Shown: in pieces, positions 24,622 to 33,647 of the stretch
Layout: each line of letters starts with the position of its first letter
Position numbering within the stretch: the stretch's first letter is position 1
Assembly (NCBI GenBank): GCA_964536585.1
Contig: CAZHXO010000001.1
Span: 1-38,028, forward strand
Length of the DNA stretch: 38,028 nt
Reading direction: 5' to 3'
Origin: an uncultured Gammaproteobacteria bacterium
GTDB taxonomy: Bacteria; Patescibacteriota; Microgenomatia; UBA12405; JAHJSD01
Notes under the pieces: generated by a model
Database searches by the model: none
Told to the model about the DNA's origin: nothing
The model's input: only the letters and a program-made list of their open reading frames with translations
Made by a program: the position numbers and the translations under genes

Positions 24622-25324
24622 TCTTTTGGAACCCCAAGTTGTTTTTGAGGACCAGTTTCTTCTTGTGCTGAATAAGCCTTCTGGGCTGGTGACATTAAAT
24701 GTTTCTAGTTTTTCTGGACTGACTCTGCAAACTTGGCTAAACAAGAAATTTGAGATTAGTAGCTGGCAGTTAGGGGAAAACACGGCAGCTAAAAGGCGTT
24801 CTGGGATTGCTCATCGGTTGGATAAAGATACCTGGGGGTTATTGTTAATTGCTAAATCTGCTTGGGTATTTAATCATTTGCAATCACAGTTTAAAAGAAG
24901 AGAAGTTAAAAAAATATACTTGGCCTTAGTACGTGGCAGGTTAAAAGGAAAGGGCGAGATTGTTGCTCCAATTGGGCGTTCCCCCTCTGACCGGACCCAG
25001 TTTAGTGTTGTTCCAGGAGGAAAATCTGCTCGGACAATTTTTAAAGTGAAAAAGCACTATCAAATTCAAGATAGAACTTACAGTTTAGTTGAAGTTGAGC
25101 TGAAAACAGGACGGACACATCAAATTAGAGTGCACTTTAAATATTTAGGCCATCCTTTATTTGGGGATCCAATATATGGTAAAAATGAAGGGGTGATGTT
25201 TTTGATTGCTAAAAAAATTAGCTTTAATCATCCAGCTAAAAACAAGAAAATGTCTTTTAAGATTAAGTTGCCTGGTCAGCTTCAAAAGATTTTAAAAAAA
25301 GCAGATGAAAAAACAAAGGTCTAA
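24584..25324 (+). CDS. RluA-family pseudouridine synthase (no S4 domain)
   Basis: LLVLNKPSGLV, HRLDKDTWGLLLIAKS (catalytic Asp), Y.ALVRG, GRTHQIRVH. The start is uncertain, either the GTG at 24584 (overlapping the previous CDS) or the TTG at 24626. Confidence 0.8.
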   Translation: MLSVAKNKRIKNNLLEPQVVFEDQFLLVLNKPSGLVTLNVSSFSGLTLQTWLNKKFEISSWQLGENTAAKRRSGIAHRLDKDTWGLLLIAKSAWVFNHLQSQFKRREVKKIYLALVRGRLKGKGEIVAPIGRSPSDRTQFSVVPGGKSARTIFKVKKHYQIQDRTYSLVEVELKTGRTHQIRVHFKYLGHPLFGDPIYGKNEGVMFLIAKKISFNHPAKNKKMSFKIKLPGQLQKILKKADEKTKV

Positions 25325-26210
25325 AAAAATAATAAATTTTTTTCCATTATTATTAGGGTTTTTATTACTCGGGTTAATTATTTATGGGGGGATAAAAGTT
25401 TGGTCTTGGCTCAACCGACAGTGGCAGTTAAATTGGCGGGGTGAATCTGGTTATAGCTTGGCTCTGGAAACTAAAGAAAAAGATGTTTTAATTCTTTCTT
25501 TAATTCCTTCTAAAAAAACAGCGACGGTAATTGAAGTTCCTGGCAATACCCAAATTGAAACACCATGGTTTGGCCAATATTTGGCACAAAAGCTTTCTTT
25601 ATTGTCCGAACAAGAAAAAAGCCCTTTTGTTTTCAGCAGAAGCTTAAGTTATTCTTTAGGAATTCCGATAGACAGGGGAAAAGCAAAAACAAACTTATCT
25701 AGAAAAGGAGAAAAATGGGCCTCAGTGGTTTCTAGTTATTTTCGGCCTTGGTGGGGAGTAGAGGAGTATTATTTGTGGCGCTATCTAAGTCAACGGGATC
25801 TAGTTTGGCAAGAGTATAGTTTAAAAAAGTGGTCGAAAAAAAAAGAATTACCTGATGGTCGAGAATTTTATAATCTTAATAGAGAACTATTTTTAGAAGA
25901 GATTGAGGGGCGATTTAGTGATTCTATTGTGCGACGTGAGGAATTACCAGTAAGCGTTTTTAATATTGGCCAGAAGGAAAATCTTGCTGATCAAACAGCC
26001 GATATTATTCAGCAGATGGGAATAAGAGTAGTTGAGATAGGCGATCGTGACAGAGAATTAAACCAAGGGTGTTTGATTGTGTCAGATGAAAGAAATCGGC
26101 CAAGCTTTACGGTTCGACGCTTAAAAAAGGTTTTTGGCTGTGATTTTCAGGCTGAAAATCTAGATAGTTTGGGAGAAATAAACCTTTTCATTAAAAATGT
26201 TAAAATATAG
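25305..26210 (+). CDS. membrane-anchored LytR/CpsA/Psr-like protein with LytR_C-like C-terminus
   Basis: N-terminal TM. LILSLIPSKKTATVIEVPGNTQIE resembles the LCP core. The C-terminus VSVFNIGQKENLADQTADIIQQMGIRVVEIGD resembles LytR_C. This is a weak-to-moderate call. Confidence 0.5.
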   Translation: MKKQRSKKIINFFPLLLGFLLLGLIIYGGIKVWSWLNRQWQLNWRGESGYSLALETKEKDVLILSLIPSKKTATVIEVPGNTQIETPWFGQYLAQKLSLLSEQEKSPFVFSRSLSYSLGIPIDRGKAKTNLSRKGEKWASVVSSYFRPWWGVEEYYLWRYLSQRDLVWQEYSLKKWSKKKELPDGREFYNLNRELFLEEIEGRFSDSIVRREELPVSVFNIGQKENLADQTADIIQQMGIRVVEIGDRDRELNQGCLIVSDERNRPSFTVRRLKKVFGCDFQAENLDSLGEINLFIKNVKI

Positions 26211-26213
26211 AAG

Positions 26214-26228
26214 CCAGGCAAAGCCTGG
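26214..26228 (+). terminator. short GC hairpin after CDS 25305-26210 (weak terminator candidate)
   Basis: ccaggc-aaa-gcctgg. No T-tract follows on the + strand, so support is weak. Confidence 0.25.
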
Positions 26229-26322
26229 AAATAATAAATTCTAATATTTAAATTCTAAAAAATTAAAAATTAATATGAATAAATTTAGAGATTAAGTTAA
26301 TTAGAAATTTGGAATTGGAGAT

Positions 26323-27042
26323 ATGTCAGGACATTCAAAGTGGGAAAACATTAAGCGGCAAAAGAAAGCCGAAGACAGAAAGAGGGCAAAAATATTTGGC
26401 AAGTTATCCAAATTGATTACTACTGCTGTTTCTGAAGGAAAATCTGATGATCCGAAGACTAATGTTCGTTTACGTCAGGCAATCGAACGAGCTAAAGAGC
26501 AGGATATGCCAAAAGAAAACATTCAACGGGCAATTGAGAGCGCCTCGAAGGGTTTAGAGGCGGCAGAAGAGGTTTTTCTTGAGGCTTATGGGCCTGCGGG
26601 GGTGGCAATTTTAATTCGAGGGCTTACTGATAATCGTCGACGGACAGTTCAAGAAATAAAAAGCTTAATTGATCGTTATGATGGTTCATTAGCAGAACCC
26701 GGGGCAGTTGGTTATCAGTTTAAGAAAGTGGGGAAAATTGTTGTGAAAAATCCAAATGAGGATGAAGACCGATTATTGTCTTTATTAGATATTGAAGGGA
26801 TACTAAATTTTGAGGAGGGAACTGAGCAAATTGTGTTAACAGTTAAAGCTGATAGTTTAAGCGGAATAGTTCAGCGGATCGGTAATCAGGGATTAAGGGT
26901 GATTAAGTCTGAGCTAGATTGGCAAGCAGATAATAAACTTCAAGTGAGTGATAAGCATGATTGTCAAAATTTAGAAAAATTGATTTCCAACTTGGAGAAT
27001 CGAATTGATGTTAAAAGGGTTTTTACTAATTGGGAAAAGTAG
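26323..27042 (+). CDS. yebC: YebC/PmpR-family transcriptional regulator
   Basis: MSGHSKWENIKRQKKAEDRKRAKIFGKLSKLI N-terminal signature. GGAG RBS. Confidence 0.9.
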   Translation: MSGHSKWENIKRQKKAEDRKRAKIFGKLSKLITTAVSEGKSDDPKTNVRLRQAIERAKEQDMPKENIQRAIESASKGLEAAEEVFLEAYGPAGVAILIRGLTDNRRRTVQEIKSLIDRYDGSLAEPGAVGYQFKKVGKIVVKNPNEDEDRLLSLLDIEGILNFEEGTEQIVLTVKADSLSGIVQRIGNQGLRVIKSELDWQADNKLQVSDKHDCQNLEKLISNLENRIDVKRVFTNWEK

Positions 27043-27053
27043 GCAAGAAGTAA

Positions 27054-27830
27054 ATGGATAAAAGATTACAATTTGTTATTGGGACAATTGGCTTTAGTAT
27101 TATCTTTTTTTTAATCCGCTTTGTTCCCTTTGAGTGGAAATATCAGGTAATTGGGGCCCTTTCTTTTATTTTAGGCCTTTTTTTCTTTTTTATTTCTCGT
27201 CAAACTACAAAGCAGGCAAAAGATTTATTAATTGCCAGTTCTTTTCCAGTTTATTTTACTGCCATTGTTGCTATTTTTAGGTTTCTTTTTTCGCAAAACA
27301 TTTTTTGGGAAATTGGGATAATGCTTCTTTTTGTTGTTGGACTCTACTCGCTTTTTTTGCTTGAAAATGTTTTTTTAGTTACCTTAACTCATAAAACAGT
27401 TCCACTTTATCGGGCAGCAGTTACTGTTGGCTTTTTACTTACCTTAGTTTCTGCTTTTTTAGCCTATGATATTGTCTTTTCATTTCGTATGGGTCCTTGG
27501 CTGAATAGCGCCTGGATTTTAATAACCAGTTTTCCATTACTATTTCACTTTTTTTGGTTTGTTAATTTATCTCCTAGCGAACAGAAAAAATACTGGCCTT
27601 CATCTGTTATTTTTTCCTTTATATTGGGACAAGTTGGCGTTTCAATGTCATTTTGGCCGGCTAATACGGCAAAAACTGCCTTATATTTGGCAAGTCTATT
27701 TTATGTTTTTGGTGGTTTAGCCCAAGCAAAAGCTCATGAAAAACTGTTTAAAAACACAATTCGCGAATTTATTTGGGTTGGTTTGGGAATTTTTGTAGCT
27801 TTGATTTTAGTTACTCGATGGGCTGGATAA
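27054..27830 (+). CDS. hypothetical polytopic membrane protein
   Basis: Seven to eight hydrophobic segments, no motif recognised. Confidence 0.5.
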   Translation: MDKRLQFVIGTIGFSIIFFLIRFVPFEWKYQVIGALSFILGLFFFFISRQTTKQAKDLLIASSFPVYFTAIVAIFRFLFSQNIFWEIGIMLLFVVGLYSLFLLENVFLVTLTHKTVPLYRAAVTVGFLLTLVSAFLAYDIVFSFRMGPWLNSAWILITSFPLLFHFFWFVNLSPSEQKKYWPSSVIFSFILGQVGVSMSFWPANTAKTALYLASLFYVFGGLAQAKAHEKLFKNTIREFIWVGLGIFVALILVTRWAG

Positions 27831-27965
27831 GGAAGAGGGGAGAGGTAGTTATCCTATAACAGTAATCCCATAATATTTATAATTATTATCCTATAATATT
27901 AAATCCCAATTGTGAAAATTATAGGACTATTTTCATGTTTAGCAGCTAATTATTTAAAGTGCTAG

Positions 27966-27988
27966 AAGCACCTATCTAAGTGCTTTTT
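27966..27988 (+). terminator. candidate intrinsic terminator with a competing upstream hairpin
   Basis: aagcac-ctatctaa-gtgctt followed by TTT. GTGCT at 27959-27963 can pair with AGCAC at 27967-27971 instead. Confidence 0.35.
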
Positions 27989-28271
27989 GGGCATAGACAG
28001 GAAAAAGTAGCAGTTAATTTGTGGAAAACTATTATCGTTTGGGGAAGGGGTGTTTTAGATTCTTTTACCAAGATAGCACAGGAAGAAAGTAACTCTAAAC
28101 TTTTTTGAATATCCTGCAAATAAAATAAATAAACTTTAAAAAGCTTACTTCTTCAAAAACCATCTGTTTAATAAAAGGATATTTCATAGAGAGCAAAATT
28201 ATTATATGTCGTACAATGTTTCTTTTGCGACGCGCTAATTATTGTGAAGGCGAGGAGGGTGTAAAATTCAC

Positions 28272-28295
28272 AATTTTCAAATTTTCAAATTTTCC
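28272..28295. repeat. 8-bp tandem repeat aattttca x3 (last copy aattttcc)
   Basis: Read directly. Phased A/T tracts. Confidence 0.8.
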
Positions 28296-28684
28296 AAAAT
28301 AAAAAATTAAACTCCTATTTTATTTGAACATTGAACTTTTAAACATTGATGTTTTTAGTTACTTTTATCTTAATTAAGCTTTATACTTAAAGCTTTTATC
28401 AGTCCTCTATTTTAAAAAATTATCTTAGAGAAACATTAAATCTTATTTGTGGCCGTTAGCAAAAGGGTAATTGTATAGACATGCTTGCAAAAACCGCTTA
28501 GAATGGCTCTCATAACTTTACCCCTAATAACAGGCAGAAACTCAATTATAGTCTTTCAAAATGGTTAATTTTTATTATTTTTTAGAAATTTAATTCTCTG
28601 TTTATAAAAAATTCTAAAAAATTTTAATAAAATTTTACTTTCTCATTTATTTACTTTTTATTTTTTTAATAACGTCGCACAATC

Positions 28685-28713
28685 TTGACGTTTTCTAGAC
28701 AATCTGTTATTCT
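28685..28713 (+). promoter_or_regulatory. candidate promoter of the recombinase gene
   Basis: TTGACG at 28685-28690, 17-nt spacer, TATTCT at 28708-28713, 10 nt to the ATG at 28724 with no SD sequence. Confidence 0.4.
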
Positions 28714-28723
28714 TCAATTAACA

Positions 28724-29674
28724 ATGGCAAAGAAAAAAAATCTCTGGGCTTTAATTAATGAATATTTGGAAAGTTTAGAAATTGAGCGCAACCTCTCCCC
28801 GCTTACTATTCGCAACTATCGTCATTATTTAAAACGGTTTTACCAGTTTTTAAAAAATAAACAAACTAAAGAAGGGGTCTCCCCTACTCTATCTGAGGTT
28901 AACAAAGAAAATATCCGTAAATATAGGAGATATTTGGCAAGATTAAAGACTAGGAAAGACACTTTTCTCAAGAAAAAAACCCAGGGGTATCATATTATTG
29001 CTCTTCGGTCATTTCTACGTTGGTTAGTAAAGAATGATTACCAGGTTTTGGCTCCGGAGAAAATTGAATTACCAAAAACTGGCGACCGAGAAGTAAAGTT
29101 CTTAACAATGAAACAATTAAACAAATTTTTAAACCAACCAACAGCTTCTAATATTATTGGCTTACGAGATAAAGCAATGTTGGAAACTTTGTATTCTACC
29201 GGTTTACGAGTAAGTGAGTTGGTTTCTTTGGATCGGGATCAAATTAATCTTAAAACAAAAGAGGTTGGCGTAGTCGGGAAAGGAAGTAAAACCAGAGTGG
29301 TTTTTTTATCTGATCGAGCGGCAAAATGGTTGGATCGCTATCTGGCTGCTCGAGACGATCATTATAAACCCTTATTTATCCGCTATTCAGGAAAAAAGGA
29401 TCCAACTATGTCTGATGAAGACCTGCGCTTGTCAGCACGATCAGTTCAGAGAGCAGTAGAAAAGTATCGCAAAAAAGCTAAGATTCCGATTAAAGTTACC
29501 CCCCATGTTTTACGCCATACTTTTGCGACTGATCTTTTAAGGCAAGGAGCAGATTTGCGCTCTGTTCAAGAATTATTAGGTCATGAGAACATTTCCACTA
29601 CTCAGATTTACACCCACGTAACTGATAGGAGATTGCAAGAAACACATGAAAAATATCATTCCGGCAATAAATAG
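28724..29674 (+). CDS. tyrosine site-specific recombinase, XerC/XerD-like
   Basis: N-terminal SAM-like domain LSPLTIRNYRHYLKRFYQFL. Catalytic domain GLRVSELVSLD, VVGKGSKTRVVFL, HVLRHTFATDLL, LLGHENISTTQIYTHV (R-K-H-R-H-Y set). The ATG at 28724 is preferred over the TTG at 28685, which reads as the -35 box. Confidence 0.85.
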   Translation: MAKKKNLWALINEYLESLEIERNLSPLTIRNYRHYLKRFYQFLKNKQTKEGVSPTLSEVNKENIRKYRRYLARLKTRKDTFLKKKTQGYHIIALRSFLRWLVKNDYQVLAPEKIELPKTGDREVKFLTMKQLNKFLNQPTASNIIGLRDKAMLETLYSTGLRVSELVSLDRDQINLKTKEVGVVGKGSKTRVVFLSDRAAKWLDRYLAARDDHYKPLFIRYSGKKDPTMSDEDLRLSARSVQRAVEKYRKKAKIPIKVTPHVLRHTFATDLLRQGADLRSVQELLGHENISTTQIYTHVTDRRLQETHEKYHSGNK

Positions 29675-29717
29675 TAAAATAAATAGTAATAAGTAACCTC
29701 TTAATAATAATAACTTT

Positions 29718-29751
29718 TCAACTATCCTTTACGATCGTAGGGTTTATTTGA
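29718..29751. repeat. 34-bp CGATCG-centred imperfect palindrome, family B copy 1
   Basis: tcaactatccttta-CGATCG-tagggtttatttga. 28/34 identical to 30444-30477. It overlaps the stop codon of CDS 29744-30409. Confidence 0.85.
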
Positions 29752-30409
29752 AGGGTGCATTTAATTTTGTAAATTGTTTAATTACCTTTTTTAGGGGCCA
29801 GTCTGGAGGTAAAAGTTCTAGTGGGATTTTAGGGTGGTTTAAAACTAAACCCCAAAATTTTTGGTTGTATTCATCCCTTTGTAGTTTGTTTTGGTTATTT
29901 AATAACGATTGAGCCTTTTCATTCCAGGATTCTATTTCCCATAAAGATTTAACGATTTTCTTTGATTCTTTAGGAGGTAGCTTACTGGTAAAAAGATAGA
30001 ATGCTTTATAGTCACTAACTTTTTGTTTTATTTGTTTGATCTTTTTATCAGTCGGTAAAGGGCTTATCCAAGCAGAACGTTGTAGGTTTTTGAATCCAAA
30101 TCGTTTTAAAGACTTTCTTAGTTTATCGCGTGTTAGGCGATTTTTTTCAGGAATGTCAAATAAAACTAGCCGCCATTTTTTATCCCATTTATTCAGGAGT
30201 TTAAATAAGTTAAATGATTTTTCCTTTAATTCAAGATTTTCTGTTATTAGTCCTTGCTCAATTGAATACCATTTGCTTTTTTGTAATTTTATTTTTGGGA
30301 AACCGATACTTTGAGTTATCCATAATGGATCTCGGAAGTAGCTGTCAAAGAGTATTAAAAAATCCTCGGCAACTCTTAATATTTCAACTAACCGATTTCT
30401 TCTAGGCAT
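29744..30409 (-). CDS. PaaX-like protein with Cas2-like central domain (paralog 2)
   Basis: KKWRLVLFDIPEKNRLTRDKLRKSLKRFGFKNLQRSAWISPLP. C-terminal FWGLVLNHPKIPLELLPPDWPLKK matches FWDLVSQHPKVPLDLLPSTWPLKT in paralog 1. Confidence 0.75.
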   Translation of the reverse strand: MPRRNRLVEILRVAEDFLILFDSYFRDPLWITQSIGFPKIKLQKSKWYSIEQGLITENLELKEKSFNLFKLLNKWDKKWRLVLFDIPEKNRLTRDKLRKSLKRFGFKNLQRSAWISPLPTDKKIKQIKQKVSDYKAFYLFTSKLPPKESKKIVKSLWEIESWNEKAQSLLNNQNKLQRDEYNQKFWGLVLNHPKIPLELLPPDWPLKKVIKQFTKLNAPFK

Positions 30410-30417
30410 CTATTATT

Positions 30418-30447
30418 AGATTAAAACATAAGTTTGGAAGAAGTCAA
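30418..30447 (-). promoter_or_regulatory. promoter of PaaX-like paralog 2, abutting the upstream palindrome
   Basis: On the minus strand: TTGACT (30447-30442), 18-nt spacer, TAATCT (30423-30418), 8 nt, ATG, with no SD. The -35 box overlaps the end of repeat B2 by 4 nt, the same layout as paralog 1. Confidence 0.45.
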
Positions 30448-30477
30448 CTATCCTCTGCGATCGTAGGAAATAGTTGA
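30444..30477. repeat. 34-bp CGATCG-centred imperfect palindrome, family B copy 2
   Basis: tcaactatcctctg-CGATCG-taggaaatagttga, with outer 8-bp arms tcaactat/atagttga perfectly complementary. It lies between the gyrA stop (30508) and the PaaX-like promoter. Confidence 0.85.
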
Positions 30478-30507
30478 TATGGGTTAGCTTGGAAGTGGAA
30501 GTTGGAG

Positions 30508-33138
30508 TTAATCTGAAGCTTCTTTTAATACGGTCATTGCGGCCACTTTATCGCTTTTATTTTTAAAACGCATCAAGATGACCCCCTGAGTATTTCGGCC
30601 CAAAACAGGAATATTCTTTATTGGTAATTTGATAACTTGAGCTTTTTCAGAGGTTACAACGATTTTTTCTGTATCTTCATCAACTATTTGAGCGCAAGCT
30701 ACCTTGCCAGTCTTTTTATTAATATTAGCTACTTTTACCCCCACCCCACCCCGTTTTTGGAGCGGGTATTTATAAGCATCAGTCCGTTTACCTAGCCCGT
30801 TTTTGCTGATTACTAGTAAGTGTCTAAATAATTTTCTACGCTTGTCTTTTGGAACAGGCTTTTCTTTAGGAATAGTGTCCATAGATATTACTTGGTCACC
30901 CCTTTTAAGGTCGATACCCTTTACTCCCATTGCCGTCCTTCCCATTGGCCGGACATCCTGTTCTGAGAAGCGGATACTTTTGCCTTTGAAAGTGACCAGC
31001 ATGACATGTTTTTGTCCATCACTTAACTTGGCCTGGATTAACTCATCGTCATTTTTAAGATTAATCGCAATTATCCCGGATGATCTGATATTGGCAAAAT
31101 CTTTTAATCGGGTTTTTTTGATTTTCCCTTTTTGACTGGCCATCAAAATAAAGTGTTTTTCCGGGTCAATCTCTTTTGGTGAGTAATTAAGCACTGCCTC
31201 TACTTCTTCATCTTGGGCAATATCAATAAGGTTAATTATTGCTTGACCCTTAGATTTTCTTGAACCTTCCTCTATTTCCCAAGCTCGTTTTTGGTAAACT
31301 TTGCCCTTGTTAGTAAAGAAAAGTAAGTTATCGTGAGTAGTGCAACTGACTAATTTAAAAATTACGTCTTCTTCTTTGGTTGTCATCCCCATAACTCCCT
31401 TTCCCCCTCGGCGTTGACTACGATAGGTCCCTCTTGGAACCCGTTTGATATAACCGGTTTTGGTTAAGGAGACAATAACATCGTTTTTAGGAATTAAGTC
31501 CTGTTCGTCAAACTCGCCTAATTTTCTTTTGAACACTTTGGTCCGTCGTTTATCGCCATAGTCTCGTTTAATTTTTTTAATTTCCTCAGTTAAAACTTTA
31601 ACCATCTTTTTAGGTTTGGTTAATAATATTCTTAACTCATCCAATTTGGTCTTAATTTCTTTATATTCATCTTCAATCTTTTGCCTTTCTAGGGCGGCTA
31701 GGCGCTTGAGTTGCATATCCAAAATTGCCTGAGCTTGGATGTCAGTTAACTCGAATTTATCAATTAAATTTAATTTTGCTTTCTCGGCGCTTTTAGATTT
31801 CTTGATGGTTTCAATTACTTCGTCTAAGTTGTCAAGAGCGATTTTTAGTCCTTCTAAAACGTGCGCTCTGAATTTAGCTTCTCTAAACTCATAAATGGTC
31901 CGCCTTCTAACTACTTCATGCCGATGTCTTAAAAAGAGTAAAAGAATTTGTCTTAAAGTTAAAGTTTGAGGAATTCCATCTACTAAAGCGATTACGTTTG
32001 CCGCATAATTCTTTTGCAGATAGGTGTATTTATAAAGTTTATTGAGGACTGATTTGGGTCGTGCCGTTCTCTTTAATTCTATAACCACCCGAATTCCTCG
32101 TCGGTCAGATTCATCTCTTAAATCAGTTATTCCTTCGATTTTATCTTTCTTGACCAAGTTGGCGATTTTAGCAACGAGCTTGGCTTTATTTACTTGATAA
32201 GGTAGTTCACTAATAATAATGTTGTGTTTGCCGTGGTTGGTGGCTTCAATTTCAGCCACACCGCGCATTGGAACCTTGCCTTTACCAGTAGTGTAGACCT
32301 TTTCAATTACTTCCTGATTAAAAATCTGACCACCGGTTGGGAAATCCGGACCTTTAACAATTTCTATTAACTCATCAGTGCTGGTTTTGGTTTCAAACTC
32401 AAATTGGTAAGAAGCAAGCTGATCAACTTCACGCATAATAACTGCTTCGGCATTTTTTTTCTCATCAATACTTAATTTTTTAACCTTAAATTTCTTTTCA
32501 GGTTTTTCTGTTTGCTCCAGTCTTCCTTTGTCTAACATACTAATTAGAGCATTAGCTAGTTCGGTTAAGTTATGAGGTGGAATCTTAGTTGCCATGCCAA
32601 CCGCAATCCCATCAGCTCCGCTTAAAAGCAGATTGGGTATTCTTGCCGGCAGGACCATTGGTTCCTGAAGAGTACGATCAAAGTTATCAGTAAATTCAAC
32701 TGTTTCTTTTCTGATATCTTTTAGCATTTCTTTGGAGATTTTAGCCATTTTAGCTTCGGTGTAACGCATTGCTGCTGGTGGGTCGCCGTCGATTGAACCA
32801 AAGTTTCCTTGGCCGTTTACTAACGGGTAGCGTAAAGAAAACTTTTGAGCCATACGGACTAAGGCATCATAAACAGAAGTATCTCCATGGGGGTGGTATT
32901 TACCTAAAACTTCTCCGACAATTTTGGCGGATTTTGAATAGTTCGCTCCACTTTTTAAACCCATCTGATGCATAGCATAAAGGATTCTTCTTTGAACGGG
33001 TTTTAGGCCGTCTTTTACATCAGGTAAGGCCCGGGAGACGATAACACTCATTGCGTAGTCTAAATAGGCCTGCTGCATTTCTTGGGTAATATTTGCTGGT
33101 TTTACTTCTTCTGCTATTTGTTTTCCTTTTTTAGCCAT
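30508..33138 (-). CDS. gyrA: DNA gyrase subunit A
   Basis: [52 protein letters not shown] (active-site Tyr), C-terminal beta-pinwheel repeats. Confidence 0.95.
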   Translation of the reverse strand: MAKKGKQIAEEVKPANITQEMQQAYLDYAMSVIVSRALPDVKDGLKPVQRRILYAMHQMGLKSGANYSKSAKIVGEVLGKYHPHGDTSVYDALVRMAQKFSLRYPLVNGQGNFGSIDGDPPAAMRYTEAKMAKISKEMLKDIRKETVEFTDNFDRTLQEPMVLPARIPNLLLSGADGIAVGMATKIPPHNLTELANALISMLDKGRLEQTEKPEKKFKVKKLSIDEKKNAEAVIMREVDQLASYQFEFETKTSTDELIEIVKGPDFPTGGQIFNQEVIEKVYTTGKGKVPMRGVAEIEATNHGKHNIIISELPYQVNKAKLVAKIANLVKKDKIEGITDLRDESDRRGIRVVIELKRTARPKSVLNKLYKYTYLQKNYAANVIALVDGIPQTLTLRQILLLFLRHRHEVVRRRTIYEFREAKFRAHVLEGLKIALDNLDEVIETIKKSKSAEKAKLNLIDKFELTDIQAQAILDMQLKRLAALERQKIEDEYKEIKTKLDELRILLTKPKKMVKVLTEEIKKIKRDYGDKRRTKVFKRKLGEFDEQDLIPKNDVIVSLTKTGYIKRVPRGTYRSQRRGGKGVMGMTTKEEDVIFKLVSCTTHDNLLFFTNKGKVYQKRAWEIEEGSRKSKGQAIINLIDIAQDEEVEAVLNYSPKEIDPEKHFILMASQKGKIKKTRLKDFANIRSSGIIAINLKNDDELIQAKLSDGQKHVMLVTFKGKSIRFSEQDVRPMGRTAMGVKGIDLKRGDQVISMDTIPKEKPVPKDKRRKLFRHLLVISKNGLGKRTDAYKYPLQKRGGVGVKVANINKKTGKVACAQIVDEDTEKIVVTSEKAQVIKLPIKNIPVLGRNTQGVILMRFKNKSDKVAAMTVLKEASD

Positions 33139-33646
33139 TGCTTCTTCCCCGCTCTATTGCTTGGTTAATGATTTGGTAAGCTTCCTCTTTTTCAATCCAG
33201 TTGCCGATTTTAATTTCTTTATCCTTTTGTAACTTGGCATAATTTTCCCAGAAGTCAACGATTTCCTTTTTAAAATGGGGAGCTAAATCATCTAAGGTTT
33301 GTATATGTTCCATTCGGGGGTCATCGGGAGCAATACTAATAATTTTAGTATCTTTTTTCCCAGTGTCATTGATATTTAATGCGCCAACTACCCGAGCTTT
33401 GACCAGACAGCCAGGAAAGGTTGAAAAAGTAGAAATGACCATGATATCGAGAGGGTCGTTATCTTCGGCTAATGTTTGGGGGATAAAACCATATTCTGTT
33501 GGATAGAAAACGGTGCTGTGGAGAACCCGATCTAAAATAAAAACCTTATTCTTATGGTCAAACTCATACTTATTAGTTCCACCACGAGGGATTTCAACCT
33601 GGCAATAAACTGTTTCCGGTGGATTAGGCCCTGTTGGTATTGTCAT
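33131..33646 (-). CDS. ppa: inorganic pyrophosphatase (family I)
   Basis: [37 protein letters not shown]. Overlaps the gyrA start by 8 nt and starts 1 nt after the gyrB stop. Confidence 0.9.
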   Translation of the reverse strand: MTIPTGPNPPETVYCQVEIPRGGTNKYEFDHKNKVFILDRVLHSTVFYPTEYGFIPQTLAEDNDPLDIMVISTFSTFPGCLVKARVVGALNINDTGKKDTKIISIAPDDPRMEHIQTLDDLAPHFKKEIVDFWENYAKLQKDKEIKIGNWIEKEEAYQIINQAIERGRSNG

Positions 33647-33647
33647 G

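Larger units (their letters stand above)
27831..28684. other. 854-bp ORF-free AT-rich intergenic region with internal repeats
   Basis: No ORF of 60 aa or more in any frame. Contains a TTATCCTATAA motif three times, alternative GTGCT/AGCAC hairpins, an 8-bp tandem repeat and a very AT-rich distal 120 bp. Confidence 0.8.

Noticed and set aside
27864-27892. dif-like site: AATCCCATAA-TATTTA-TAATTATTATC resembles the XerC arm, 6-nt spacer, XerD arm layout.
   Set aside because: The right arm matches the conserved TTATGTTAAAT-type XerD arm at only about 5 of 11 positions. The inner inverted symmetry (CATAA/TTATG) is absent. In such AT-rich DNA this level of similarity is expected by chance.
27831-28684. 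Chromosomal replication origin (AT-rich, DnaA-box-like 9-mers, A-tract repeats).
   Set aside because: No dnaA or dnaN is nearby, and there is only one 8/9 DnaA-box match plus weak 7/9 motifs. Flanking genes point toward the region from the left and converge just to the right, which is the opposite of the divergent orientation expected at an origin. I kept it only as an unexplained non-coding region.
18138-30477. Could the repeated palindromes be a CRISPR array, given the Cas2-like motif in the enclosed genes?
   Set aside because: Only two copies exist per family. They are separated by about 700 bp occupied by a full protein-coding gene, not by 25-40 bp spacers. No other cas genes are present. 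The Cas2-like motif sits in a PaaX-type architecture of about 220 aa rather than a 90-100 aa Cas2.
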